This document shows, in pieces, positions 50,201 to 62,417 of a stretch of DNA of 64,000 nt. The DNA comes from Nannocystis bainbridge (GTDB lineage: Bacteria > Myxococcota_A > Polyangia > Nannocystales > Nannocystaceae), in the NCBI RefSeq assembly GCF_028368995.1, contig NZ_JAQNDL010000005.1, forward strand, positions 384,001 through 448,000, written 5' to 3'. Under the pieces are notes generated by a model. That model did no database searches. It saw only the letters and a list, made by a program, of their open reading frames with translations, and was not told where the DNA came from. The position numbers and the translations under genes were made by a program. Positions within the stretch are counted from its first letter, which is position 1, and every line of letters begins with the position of its first letter.

Positions 50201-50292
50201 TGCCGGTAGGAAAACTTCGCACCTTCGAAGATCAGAGCGTCGTGGTCTGAGTAGAGCTTTGCGGCGCGTTCCACATGTTGTACGAGATTCAT
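47254..50292 (-). CDS. Adenylation (acyl/aryl-CoA ligase-like) - ACP - alpha-oxoamine synthase (BioF/SPT family) fusion
   Basis: YTSGTTGFPKG, GYGLTE, GWFLSGD, PKSGSGK; ACP FSDYGMTSLLAV..WAHPT; AOS FASCNYLGL, DGVYSM, IDDAHG, GLSKAF. Confidence 0.93.
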   Translation of the reverse strand: MNLVQHVERAAKLYSDHDALIFEGAKFSYRQLNELSNRAANALARLGIHRGDRVALWLPNQPEFVFAFLGTLKLGAIAVTINAALKSEETQFILKDSGSKVLITSGTLRGVLPAADAMRSALPHLDRVVLVDGAPASTDTFAALSLAESPEAIAAEVTADHPAVIHYTSGTTGFPKGALLSHHNVIVSSQTAVGTLSVQHEDRVLLCLPLFFSFPQTAVLNPCFEAGATLVLHRQFEPESVLRSIEEHAITLFFGVPTLYLMLFEQSAPKQLISIRRAVSAGAKLPVELGSKWLEKYGFAINEGYGLTETCMACFNHDPRSKPGSVGRTIARVEVRVVGSDGEAGKPGDLGEIAIRGPSVMLGYWNRPAETAEKLHDGWFLSGDIGRMDDDGCLYIVDRIKDMVNVAGMKVFPSEVENILYQNRDIAEVAVYGIPDSISEEKVCAAIVLRPDSRATVNDILAFCRKNMADFKVPSDVEFVDALPKSGSGKLLKRVLRDKKLQSIAAIQNQRALDRRQSAKVPATSDEEVFAKQPQSVEEHEGWIAGWLARNLELDGQPVDAQRRFSDYGMTSLLAVGLAQDLRRLLAREVSPVVAWAHPTPAELARHLADGVPGPDLVEDITPLVPQRLVLVEEQRGRQVLAGGRWRSDFASCNYLGLDLHPKVMEAIAPAVAKWGVHPSWSRQVATPRIYEELESELPQLVGSPEVLVFPSLSLLHLGIIPKLVGRDGVIFKDVAAHNTMYEACCRATVDGAELVDYTHNDLQALERQLVRFPHSRTKLIVIDGVYSMSGTFSDLPAYVRLAKTYNAHIYIDDAHGFGVIGENPNPGMPYGQKGNGLVRFHGLRYAEDNITYVAGLSKAFSSYGAFMTVPDRATKARLSNETTTFGYSGPTCVASLASAIAGVRLNRDEGGRWRAQLLELTRKLVSGARALGFAVNENNYFPLVAVEVGSNADVVEACRILWEHDVLITPAVYPLVPYNKGVLRFSITAANTTAEVDQALRALADVKNRKR

Positions 50293-50353
50293 TTTCGATA
50301 TTCCTTTCGATTCGAGCGTTGTTCAGCGCGCGTGAGGCGCGGGCGCTGAAGGA

Positions 50354-51136
50354 TCAGAGCTGAGCAACGAATTCGAGCTCGGTCTGTTGCTTCGTGTTGA
50401 TGACCTTCGTGTGGACCGAACCGTCGTGAACATTAGCGACGGGTGCCGCGTAGGTCAGCACGTATCCGGCAGCCTCGCCTGCCCAAATTGACAGGTCTGC
50501 ATGAAGTCGAGCGACCTTGGCTGGGCTGTCCACGCGAAGCGCGAGGTGCCATATGCTGTCGCCGCGGAAGGCCTGCGCAGTCATCTCACCCCCAGGCACG
50601 AAAGCTCGGCTCCGGGCGGCGTCCATGGGGCAGTTTGAGGCGGAACGGTGAATGTCGAAGAACTCCAGCATCAGATCCCGTTCACCCCGGCGGATCCAGA
50701 CGCGCATGATCTCCGCATACGCGGCCACCCGCTGCTGAAACGAGTCGGACGCCGGGAAACGGTGCAACTTGCTCAGTCGGAGCACATCGCCGCCCCTGCG
50801 GCGCTCCGCCGCGTTGAGCGCCGCGAGCCACAGCGGAATGCTCGTCATCAGCATATCCAGCGGCTGGGAGACCTCGAATCCGACGTGACCGACATCGGTC
50901 GCGCTCGTCGCCTCGAGGGCCGCGCGCGCCATCGCTACACTGCCGTCAAAAAATTCACCAATCACCCGGTCAGCACGCAGGTGCTGCGTCGCCGACAGCG
51001 CAGACGTGAATTTTGCCCAGTCTTTTTGGAGGAGAAGCAGAAGGTCTCGCGTGGTCGAGACGCTCTTGCAGGCCAAGATCGCCTCGTGGAGCGAGAGCAT
51101 GTGCTCCCCATGCGCATGGCATTCATGAAGATGCAT
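50354..51136 (-). CDS. Hypothetical protein, probable VOC/glyoxalase-like fold
   Basis: GHVGFEV..LEFF and WHLALRV..ELEFV resemble paired His/Glu metal ligands. Confidence 0.6.
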   Translation of the reverse strand: MHLHECHAHGEHMLSLHEAILACKSVSTTRDLLLLLQKDWAKFTSALSATQHLRADRVIGEFFDGSVAMARAALEATSATDVGHVGFEVSQPLDMLMTSIPLWLAALNAAERRRGGDVLRLSKLHRFPASDSFQQRVAAYAEIMRVWIRRGERDLMLEFFDIHRSASNCPMDAARSRAFVPGGEMTAQAFRGDSIWHLALRVDSPAKVARLHADLSIWAGEAAGYVLTYAAPVANVHDGSVHTKVINTKQQTELEFVAQL

Positions 51137-51221
51137 CGTTTACGTCCGTGGAGAATGTTATTGCCTTCGTCGCCGGCATCCCGCTCGGGGCTGCCCGGCA
51201 CTTCGGCTGGCTCCCTCAGGG

Positions 51222-52235
<1,014 letters not shown>

Positions 52236-52463
52236 GGTTCCGACCAGGTGTTACGTGCGAGTTGAAAGTTCGGGAAGACTAGGAGAGACGCGATAGGAGA
52301 CAAGGGGTAGAGACGGATGAGCAACGTCACTGTCGCGCCGGGAGGCTCCGCAGATTCACGGCGGGGAATGCCTCGCAGGCCCGCAGAACGACCTCTGCGT
52401 CGAAGCAAACTGCGGACGTGTACCCACGCCCGCGGAACTTCTGGCAAAGAGCCGCAATAGGAT

Positions 52464-52597
<134 letters not shown>

Positions 52598-53149
52598 GCA
52601 GATGAAGCGTTTGGTCTCCGGGAGGCCGAGCAAGATGCAACCGGGAGGCCGAACGCGACTTTTACTGAAGTCATCTGGACGTTCTGGCACTGCCGCCGCC
52701 GAATCCGCGCAGCATGACAAAGGTTCAGAGACCCCTGTCTGTCACCACGACGGCGCTATCAGGAGTTTGTCCTCGTCGGCGTTGGGCGCTCGTCGGTACG
52801 GTGGGGGGCAGACGATTGGATGCGAATCAGCGCTGAGCACGACATGGTCATCTCCGCAGCGCGACCGATCCGTCATCGAAATCGGCGTCCCCGTTCGCCC
52901 GTCGACCAGGCACCCGCCCCTGGCAACCAGTCTTCGTAAGAAGAGGCCCCCTCCGAGCGGTTCGCGCAACGTCCCACGACCCGGGACCGACGCCGTCCCT
53001 GGATCTCCGGAAGATCCCCGTCTGTCCGCCGGTCGGATGGTCCGAGGGGAGGCCGGCGATCTGGAAGCCGCGATGTGCGTTGCCCGCGTTGTCCAGCCCG
53101 CCGACGGGGCGAAGATTGTCGGTAGGTGGCGCCGAGGGCGAGCGCCTCG

Positions 53150-53329
53150 TCAGTCGCAGGAGTCGCAGACGCCGTCGACGTGGCAGCCGCATTGCGTGGC
53201 GCCGGTCTCCGGGGCCATTCCGCCCTTCACCTGGCACAGCTCGTCCGCGCCGAGCGTGCGAAACTCGAACTTGGGCAGCTTCTCCTCGTCGTCTCTCTGC
53301 TTCGTTGTCTTAAGCATGGTCCAATCCAT
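53150..53329 (-). CDS. Double-glycine-leader RiPP/bacteriocin-like precursor peptide
   Basis: (MDWT)MLKTTKQRDDEEKLPKFEFRTLGADELCQVKGG|MAPETGATQCGCHVDGVCDSCD*; starts at 53329 or 53317; too short for the ORF track. Confidence 0.78.
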   Translation of the reverse strand: MDWTMLKTTKQRDDEEKLPKFEFRTLGADELCQVKGGMAPETGATQCGCHVDGVCDSCD

Positions 53330-54149
53330 TGAGTTCAGTTCAGTTCAATTTAATGTAAGTCGGTGCGAGGGCTCGTTCGCCCGGTCCCGCGCACGATCGC
53401 CGCTACCCGGAGGCGCGGCGGCCGTGGCGGGGCCGCTTGCGACGGTGTGCCTCTGACTCGGCACCGTCGCCGCGGGTTTCGCGGACGCCACCGAAATGAT
53501 TCACCAGCACATCACCGCCGAACCCGCGACCGTAGCGACGCACCATGACGCACACGTCATGGCGAACCGCCACGGAGCACCACCGCACCGCGGTGCACGA
53601 GGGCGACGGGATGTCGGCTGGAAGGCGCATCAATAAGCTCTCTCAGGCGAAAGCAAGTGAGTAAGGAAGTCAAGAATGCCCCGGAAGGACGCGCCGGCCC
53701 GAGCGTCTACAGTGACGACCAGGCCGGTCGAACTCTTGTAGCAGCGGCACCTGACCTTGCCAATAGTTTCGCCAGGATTTTTCGCGTGATCGCAGTGAAC
53801 GGGTCCGCGCAGACCCGTGAATTGCGTTCATGCGACGGCGCTTTTGAAAAGACGCCAATCGACGTCCGCCAGCGGTCCTATGCATGGAGAAACTCCGGCC
53901 GCGCCCGAACTATGCCCAATCATTTTTGCCCGTCCTCCTTACATTCGCCGCGCGACACGGTGCGCGCGTTCATCGGAGCCGCTCAGGTGTGACCACCTCG
54001 ACCGCCGACTTCGCCGCGCTGGCTCACTCGCCGAACCTCCCTGCCGCTGAAACCCGCCGGACGACCCCGGCGACGGGCGGCCTCGATCGCTCGTAGAAGC
54101 GCGCCAGGGTCGGTCTGCGGCCCGCCCGAGCGACCACGACGCTTGAACT

Positions 54150-54610
54150 CAGCTTCGCCGGCCTGGCTGCCGCGAGCGAGGCCGACGGCGAACGCGCGAG
54201 TGCGCAGCCGCGGGGCTCGTGCACCTGCGCGCGGCACGGCTGGAGGAGGCGCGGGCCGACATCTCGCGTGCACACGAGCTGTGGCCGACCCGGCCGGACG
54301 TCGCGCTGCTCGCGGCCGAAATGGCCGAGCGCGACGGCGACCTCCGCCGCGCCGAGCAGATCCTCGCGCGCGCGATCGTGAAGGAGGGCGCGTGGGCACG
54401 GGCGTGCCAGGACCGGTTGCTCGAGCTCATGCGCGCACGCGGCGGGAAAAAGGTCGATCTCGATCGCACGATCGCGCGCTCGACCGCGAGTGGAAGGACG
54501 AACGGATTACAGAGGTGCTCGCCGCGCGGGCCGCTGCGCCGAAGCCCCTCGCGCCGTTCGAGCTCGACCTGCGCGGCGGCGGCCGAATCACGAGCGACTC
54601 GCTGCGTCGT
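54150..54610 (+). pseudogene. Frameshifted fragment of a TPR plus redoxin-like protein
   Basis: ARLEEARADISRAHELWPTRPDV..RAEQILARAI (TPR-like), then a frame change to PLAPFELDLRGGGRITSDSLR (redoxin-like start); no CxxC follows. Confidence 0.5.
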
Positions 54611-54813
54611 GCGGTCCGCCTACCGGCCGATTTTCCCCTGCGGTACCGGGGCAATGCAATCCGGCAGATTATACCGGAGCATTACCTTCCGGTGGGGCGA
54701 TGCCCCAACTCCACACGAGCGCGCCCAGATCGGCGAGATACCGAACCTCACGGCGTCATTCGTCCGCGATGAGCACCGGGACGAACAGCGCCCGCACGCG
54801 CGTCACAAGTCGG

Positions 54814-55056
54814 TCATGGTCCGCGTCGCGCGAAGGCCGGTCCCCCGAAGTGCTCGACCGCCGCGAACCGCTGCGACGAAGATAACGAGAACGACGGCGG
54901 GGTCCCGTCGCGCGAGAGGAAGCCGTGGACCGCGCGCGAGGCGTCGTTCCGGTGGTCCCCGCCCTCGCACACGAGCACGCTGCGGACGCTGCGTCCGAGT
55001 ACGAGCGCCGCGCTGAGCCCCGCAGGCCCGCCGCCGATCACGATTACGTCGTACAT
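54814..55056 (-). pseudogene. Truncated thioredoxin-reductase-like FAD oxidoreductase
   Basis: MYDVIVIGGGPAGLSAALVLGR..RN..VHGFLSRDGTPP, then the similarity is lost and a stop follows at about 80 aa. Confidence 0.75.
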
Positions 55057-55425
55057 GCCATTCGAGGATGGTCGCAGACCGTTGCATCGGCAAGGACCGC
55101 CGGGCCTCTGGCGCCCGACCTGACAATCGACATTCAGCCGCGTTCGGTGCCAATCACGCGTCCAAGGTATTTCCCCGTCCGAGATCCGACAGCGTGACGC
55201 ATGTCCTTTCATCATGAATCCTCCCGAGGAAATCCGGGGCGAGTCCGCCGGGCTCGCGGCGGTTCGAGCCGACGACCCTCGATCGGCCCCTGGATGCGCG
55301 CATCACGGCCGCGCATCACGGCCGCCCGCGCGCTCTCCCCCACGCGCGGACGGCCGTGAGCCAGGCGCCTCGGGCTTGCGGGGGGCCTGCCCGCTGGGCT
55401 AGGGTGCGCGCCGCCTCGGCGGAGC

Positions 55426-56837
<1,412 letters not shown>

Positions 56838-56841
<4 letters not shown>

Positions 56842-57080
56842 CGACGACCCCCAAGCCCAAAGATCCGCTGCACGGCATCACCCTCGAGGCCATGGTCAAC
56901 GACCTGGTGGCCTTCTTCGGCTGGGAAGAGCTCGGCCAGCAAATCTCGATCCGCTGCTTCACCAGCGAGCCGAGCGTGCCGTCGAGCCTCAAGTTCCTGC
57001 GCAAGACCCCCTGGGCCCGCGAGAAGGTCGAGAGCCTTTACCTCTTCGTCCAGCGCGAGCGCCGGCGGCAGGGGCTGTAG
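56838..57080 (+). CDS. VF530/DUF2132 family small protein
   Basis: DPLHGITLE..GWEELG..IRCF..PSVPSSLKFLRKTPWAREKVE; GTGA overlap with dbpA. Confidence 0.9.
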
Positions 57081-57173
57081 GCGCGCCTGGCCGCGGCCTT
57101 CGCCGGCGTCTCGACCGCCGCTGCACGGCGCAAGCCGGTGGGCAGGTGGACGCCGCAGGGCTCGCGGGTGGGC

Positions 57174-57761
57174 TCAGGAGGTGGGCGGCCCCTCGGGGGG
57201 GGTCAGCAGGTTCCCGGGCAGGAAGCCCGGGCACCGGTTCTGCACGCGCTGGCACGCCTCACCGAGCTCGGGCTCCGGGCTCGGCATCTTGCCCTGGTAG
57301 TTCTTGATGTTGCCGCAATCGAGCTCTTTGTAGAGCGCCTCGAGCTCGGTGACGACCTCCTCCATGCACGCATCGAGCTCGCCGATCGTCGTCGCGCAGG
57401 TGTCCCAGGCCAGCTCACAGCCTTTTCCGCCCGCCTCGACCGCGCCGGGCTCCTCGGGCGAGCCGAGGCACTCGTCGCGCGCGGTGACGCAGGCGTCGAC
57501 GCTGCCGTCGCCCAGCGTGCCCGCGATCAGGATGCCCTGCAGCGAACACAGCGCGCGTCGCACGTCGTCTGGCGTGATCTCTCGCGCGACGAAGGCAGCG
57601 GCGCCCTCGCAGAGCTGCTGTTGCTCGGCCGCGGTCAGGTCGGAGACCTTCTTGTTCACGGGCAGCTCGGAGATGGCGGAGTTGGCGGTCGCGCCGTCCT
57701 CCTTGCAACCTGACAGACTGAGCAGACCGACGAGCAGCAGCGGAGAAATCCTGGCGATCAT
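57174..57761 (-). CDS. Cys-rich lipoprotein
   Basis: Lipobox LSGC; multiple Cys (CATTIGELDAC). Confidence 0.75.
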   Translation of the reverse strand: MIARISPLLLVGLLSLSGCKEDGATANSAISELPVNKKVSDLTAAEQQQLCEGAAAFVAREITPDDVRRALCSLQGILIAGTLGDGSVDACVTARDECLGSPEEPGAVEAGGKGCELAWDTCATTIGELDACMEEVVTELEALYKELDCGNIKNYQGKMPSPEPELGEACQRVQNRCPGFLPGNLLTPPEGPPTS

Positions 57762-58430
57762 GGTCCGCGACTATGCGCAGCTTCGCCGAGGGTGCAACCA
57801 CGCGAAGCATGCGTCCGGGCGAGCCGCTGGACGCTGCGATGCACAGGCGTCGGGAGCGCCGCGAAGCGCGGGACCTCTGCTCGTTGTCCCGTCGAGGGTG
57901 TCGAGCACGAGACGCGTCGAATGCATCGAGTGCATCGAGACGGCTCGTTGAGCTCGGCGCCGGGGCCGATGCCCGAGCACGGGACGCGCGAGGGATCGGG
58001 CGCCCAGCAGCACGGCTTCCGCGAGGCCAGCGCAGAGCGCAGCAACTTCGTGGCGGGCTCGAGGTCCCGCGCACTCGGCCCCTGGTGCGCGGTCGTACAG
58101 GGCCCAGCGCAGGCGGACCCGTCGCGTCGCTCGGTCCAGCCCCTCGGCCGCGGCAGAGCGCGAGCGCGAGCGGACGGGCGGTGGACGTGCTCGCCAGTCA
58201 CCGCGATCCACAGGACCAGCGATTTGCGGCGCGGCCGGGGCCCGTGCGTCGAGCTCGTGCGGGCGAACGACGGTCGTCCCTCGTTCGCTCTCCGACGACT
58301 GCTCCCATCGCGCGAATACACCGTTTTTATCGACAATGAGCATTAACGCGATATCCCGGGGCGCTGGATCGTGGACACGCCATTGTCAGGTCGCCGGGTC
58401 CTGGTGTACCGTCCCCGGCGAAAAGAGGTG

Positions 58431-61331
58431 ATGATGCCCGCGCCCGGTGAATTCAGCCCTCCTGCGCCTCCCTGCGACTGTGACAACGATCCGATCGGCG
58501 GCCTCGAGCGAATGTTCGTGCGATTCGCCCAAAATCGGGCCCTCGCCACCGGCCGCGATCCCGCGACGCGCCCGGTCTTCCTGCGGCTGCACGGCGTCGC
58601 GTTCGGGCGCTTCGAGATCAGCCCGGACTTGCCGGAGGAGCTACGGGTCGGCCTATTCGTGCCGGGCGCGTCCCACCGCGCGTGGGTCCGCTTCTCGAGC
58701 GACCTCCAGCCGGGGCGGCCGGATCTCGGCGGCACTCTGGGCATCGGTATCAAGCTGTTCGATGTCGAAGGTCCGAAGCTGCTCGAGCCCGACACCGAGG
58801 CGCGGACGCACGACTTCATCCTGCAGAATCACCCGGTCTTCTTCGTCGATGACGCCGCCAAGATGTGCGCGTTCACCTGCGCCTCGCTGAACGGTCAGCT
58901 CGACGCGTGGCTGGCCGACAACCCGGTGACCGCCCAGATCCTGAAGGACATGGAGAAGAAGGTCGATTCGGCGCTGGACTCGCCGTATTGGAGCGTCCTG
59001 CCGTACAGCTTCGGCCAGCGGCACGTCAAGTACAAGCTGGTGCCCGAGGCTGCCGGCGAGGGTCCGCCGGTCGACGTCGCGGATCCGACCTACCTGCGCG
59101 CCGACCTCCACCGGCGTATGGCCGCCGGCGAGGCCCGCTTCGGGTTCTACGTGCAATTGAAGCAGGCGGACATGCCGCTCGATCGCGCGACCGTGGAATG
59201 GTCGGAGCGCGAGAGCCCGCCGGTGCGCGTCGGCACCCTGGTGCTCCCGCAGCAGGACCTCGACGCCCGCGGACAATCGGCGTACGGCGAGAACCTGGCC
59301 TACAACCCATGGCACGCCCTGCCCGCCCACGCGCCGGCCGGCAGCATCTCCGACGCGCGCCGGGTCGTCTACCGCGCCTCTGCCGACAATCGCCGCGACG
59401 TCAATGGCCAGCCGCGCGGCGAGCCGACCGCGCCGCGGCCCGACACCTGGGACGGCGGTCGTCCGTACCCCACCGCCGTCGATCGCCGGATCGTGCGCGC
59501 GGCCATCCACCCTGCGATCGGCATCGCCCGCGTCGGCAACAGCGAGCATGAATTCCTCTACGGCCCCGAGGTCGTCGACGCACCGCCCGCGCCCGTGGGG
59601 GCCTGGCGCGACTCGACCGGGGCGTTCAAGCGGCAGGCCGCGCGCTTCCGGATCTACGGCTACAACGCCGCCGGCGACGTCGTCGGCGAGATCACCGCCA
59701 ACACCGCCGACATCACGTGGCGGGTCCACGTCGCCAATCACAAGGCCGCCTGGTACCAGTGGCAGATGGCGCTCGACATCCCCGAGGCGGAGGCCCTGGC
59801 GCTGCCGCTGCGGAACGCCGGCGTGAAGCCGGCCGATCGCGCGGAGCTCGTGATCGACGGCGGTCCGGTCGAGGTCCGCGGCGTGTCCACCGTCGGCTCG
59901 ACGATCGACGGCGAATTCCAGGGCACCCCGGTTCGCCTCGGCCAGCTCCGCACCGACGAGGTCGGCCGCCTGGTGTTCCTCGGGGGCCATGGCACTTCCG
60001 CCTCGCCGACCAACCAACCGATCTACAATGACAAGATCCCGACGACCTTCATCAACGCCGACGGTTGGTATGACGACACCTCCGACGGCCCCGTCACCGC
60101 GACCGTCCGCATCGAGGGCGCCGAGATCCCCGTCGAGGGCGCCTGGGTCGTCACCGCGCCGCCGGACTACGGTCCCGGGGTCCTCGGCGTCCGCACGCTG
60201 CACGATCTGCTCGTCGATATGTACGTGCAAGCGGGCTGGCAGGCGGCGCCGCGCGACATCACCTTCAAGCACGACGTGTGGCCGCTGCTGCGCCGCCTGA
60301 CCGGCTTACAGTGGAACAATCGCGGCTTCGCGGTCGCGTACGGGGCCGGCTCGCGGCTCGACTTCGACGATCGGGCCTTCGCCGCCGAGCTCGCGTGGAG
60401 GCCGGCGCCAGACGGCTACGATCGCAACCAGGAGCTCCGGCGGCAGATCGCCAATTGCTTCCGCCCGTCGAGCCCGACGGACGGCAATCAGCTGCCCTGG
60501 CCGTGGCTCTACGGCGACGCGATGGAGTCGGTGGCGATCGACAACCCGCGGCAGAACGCCACGATCACGCGGACGCAGGAGCAGGTCCTGGCGAAATGGG
60601 TCGCGGGGGAGTTCGTCGATGATTTCGCGGCCGCGCTGCCGACGTACGCCGCGATCGAGCAGGTGCCGCTGGCCGAACAGCCGGCGATGCTCGACCGTGC
60701 GTCGCTCGAGCACGCGCTCGCCGACGCCTTCCACCCCGGCTGCGAGGTGACCTGGCCGGTCCGCCACCTGACGATGTTCGCCCGGCCGTTCCGGATCCGT
60801 CAGCGCCCGGCGGGCACCCCGGCGCCGGATTACGGCCCGAAGCTGACGCAGCCGGTGGCGCTCGGCCCGGACGGCCCGCTGTACGAGCAAGGTCCGGGCG
60901 ACCTCACGCGCTGGATGGGGCTGCCATGGCAAGCCGACACTGCGTTCTGCCGCGCCGGCTACGACGAGCACTACGACCCCTTCATCCCCAGCTTCTGGCC
61001 GGCGCGGGTGCCCAACCAGGTGCTCACGCTCGAGCAATACCGCGTGCTCATGGACAGCTCGCAACCACTCGAGACCCGGCGCGACGCCTTCGCCGCGCGC
61101 ACCGACTGGAACGCGCGCCTCAGCGGCGACGCGCCGGCGCAGATGAAACAGATGGTCCATGAATTCCAGGAGATGGGGCTGCTCGAGGTGCAGCCGGGTC
61201 CGAGCGACATCCCGGGCGTGCCGGCTCAGCTCCGCGTCGCCACGGGCGGCCGCCCCGCCCCGCTGAAGGGCGTGGCCGAGAAGCTCCAGCCGCACGAATG
61301 GCCGGTGCCCGTCCACAAGCCGGCGCGGTGA
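58431..61331 (+). CDS. Catalase-like heme domain fused to LodA/GoxA-family CTQ-dependent amino acid oxidase
   Basis: N-terminus: LHGVAFGRF, WVRFSS, DFILQNHPVFF, YNPWHAL, RRVVYRAS. C-terminus: IHPAIGIARVGNS, KRQAARFRIY, WYDDTSDGPV, FHPGCE, PGDLTRWMGLPWQAD, FWPARVP. Confidence 0.93.
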   Translation: MMPAPGEFSPPAPPCDCDNDPIGGLERMFVRFAQNRALATGRDPATRPVFLRLHGVAFGRFEISPDLPEELRVGLFVPGASHRAWVRFSSDLQPGRPDLGGTLGIGIKLFDVEGPKLLEPDTEARTHDFILQNHPVFFVDDAAKMCAFTCASLNGQLDAWLADNPVTAQILKDMEKKVDSALDSPYWSVLPYSFGQRHVKYKLVPEAAGEGPPVDVADPTYLRADLHRRMAAGEARFGFYVQLKQADMPLDRATVEWSERESPPVRVGTLVLPQQDLDARGQSAYGENLAYNPWHALPAHAPAGSISDARRVVYRASADNRRDVNGQPRGEPTAPRPDTWDGGRPYPTAVDRRIVRAAIHPAIGIARVGNSEHEFLYGPEVVDAPPAPVGAWRDSTGAFKRQAARFRIYGYNAAGDVVGEITANTADITWRVHVANHKAAWYQWQMALDIPEAEALALPLRNAGVKPADRAELVIDGGPVEVRGVSTVGSTIDGEFQGTPVRLGQLRTDEVGRLVFLGGHGTSASPTNQPIYNDKIPTTFINADGWYDDTSDGPVTATVRIEGAEIPVEGAWVVTAPPDYGPGVLGVRTLHDLLVDMYVQAGWQAAPRDITFKHDVWPLLRRLTGLQWNNRGFAVAYGAGSRLDFDDRAFAAELAWRPAPDGYDRNQELRRQIANCFRPSSPTDGNQLPWPWLYGDAMESVAIDNPRQNATITRTQEQVLAKWVAGEFVDDFAAALPTYAAIEQVPLAEQPAMLDRASLEHALADAFHPGCEVTWPVRHLTMFARPFRIRQRPAGTPAPDYGPKLTQPVALGPDGPLYEQGPGDLTRWMGLPWQADTAFCRAGYDEHYDPFIPSFWPARVPNQVLTLEQYRVLMDSSQPLETRRDAFAARTDWNARLSGDAPAQMKQMVHEFQEMGLLEVQPGPSDIPGVPAQLRVATGGRPAPLKGVAEKLQPHEWPVPVHKPAR

Positions 61332-62392
61332 TGAGCGAAGTCGCCGTCATCGGCGCGGGGCCGGCCGGCGCGCTCGCGGCAGGGCTGCTCGCGCGCGCCG
61401 GGCTCGCCGTGACGCTGATCGATCCGCGGCCCGAGGGCTTCCGGATCGGTGAAGGGCTCCCCCCGGCCGCCCGGCCCCTGCTGCAGGCGCTCGGGCTCCT
61501 GCCGCTGGGCGGCACCCTGCCCGGCCACGGGACCCTCTCCGCGTGGGGTAGCGATGACCTCGGCGTGTACGATCATATCGGCGGGCCGTACGGGCCCGGG
61601 TGGATCCTCGACCGCGCACGATTCGACGACGGCCTGCGCCGCTGGGCCTGCGAGGGCGGCGCGGTGCTGCGAATCGCCCGCCTCGTCGGCGCCGCCCCGC
61701 GCGGCGACGAGGCCCTCGAATTGCGCCTCGACGACGGCACCCTCCTGGTGCCCGCATTCGCGATCGACGCCTCGGGTCGGCCGGCCGTGCTCGCCCATCG
61801 GCTCGGCGCGACGCGGACCTGCATCGATGCGCTCGTGGCGACCTACATCCGCTGCCGCCCCGGCGTCCCCGGCGACCGCGACACCCGCGTGCTCGTCGAG
61901 GCCGCGGCGTACGGCTGGTGGTACACGGTGCGGGTGCCCTCGGGCGAGCGGGTCGTCGCCCTGCTCCGCGATCACGCGCCGGGCAGCAGCTCGGCGCGCG
62001 CCGAGTTCGAGTCGCAACTGAGGAGCACGCGCTTCGTCGCCGCCACTCTGGCGGCGCACGCCTACCAGCCGCTCGAGGCCCCTCGCGGCGCGGACGCGCG
62101 GACCGGCCGGCTATCTCATGTCTTTGGGGACAGGTGGCTCGCGGTCGGTGACGCGGCCTTCTCGGTCGATCCGCTGTCGTCGCAGGGCCTCGTCGATGCC
62201 CTGCTCACCGCCGATGCCGCCGCGAAGGCCGTCGTCGCGGCCCTCGACGGCGACCGCGGCAGGCTGCCGGCGTATGGCGAGCACGCCTGCCGGCTCTACG
62301 AGCGCTACCTCGAGCACCGCTCGGCCACTTACGCCCGCGAGCGTCGGTGGCCCGACGCACCCTTCTGGCAGCGCCGTCACGGACCGCCTTGA
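61331..62392 (+). CDS. LodB/GoxB-family flavoprotein (CTQ cofactor maturation)
   Basis: IGAGPAG; IGEGLPP; LDRARFD; IDASGR; GWWY; VGDAAFSVDPLSSQG; ERRWPDAPFWQRR; translationally coupled to the lodA-like gene. Confidence 0.92.
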   Translation: MSEVAVIGAGPAGALAAGLLARAGLAVTLIDPRPEGFRIGEGLPPAARPLLQALGLLPLGGTLPGHGTLSAWGSDDLGVYDHIGGPYGPGWILDRARFDDGLRRWACEGGAVLRIARLVGAAPRGDEALELRLDDGTLLVPAFAIDASGRPAVLAHRLGATRTCIDALVATYIRCRPGVPGDRDTRVLVEAAAYGWWYTVRVPSGERVVALLRDHAPGSSSARAEFESQLRSTRFVAATLAAHAYQPLEAPRGADARTGRLSHVFGDRWLAVGDAAFSVDPLSSQGLVDALLTADAAAKAVVAALDGDRGRLPAYGEHACRLYERYLEHRSATYARERRWPDAPFWQRRHGPP

Positions 62393-62417
62393 CGGCAGCG
62401 GCCCCGACGGCGCCCTG

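Noticed and set aside
57770-58370. Overlapping ~190-aa ORFs upstream of the catalase-LodA gene
   Set aside because: No recognisable motifs in any frame; treated as intergenic or decayed sequence
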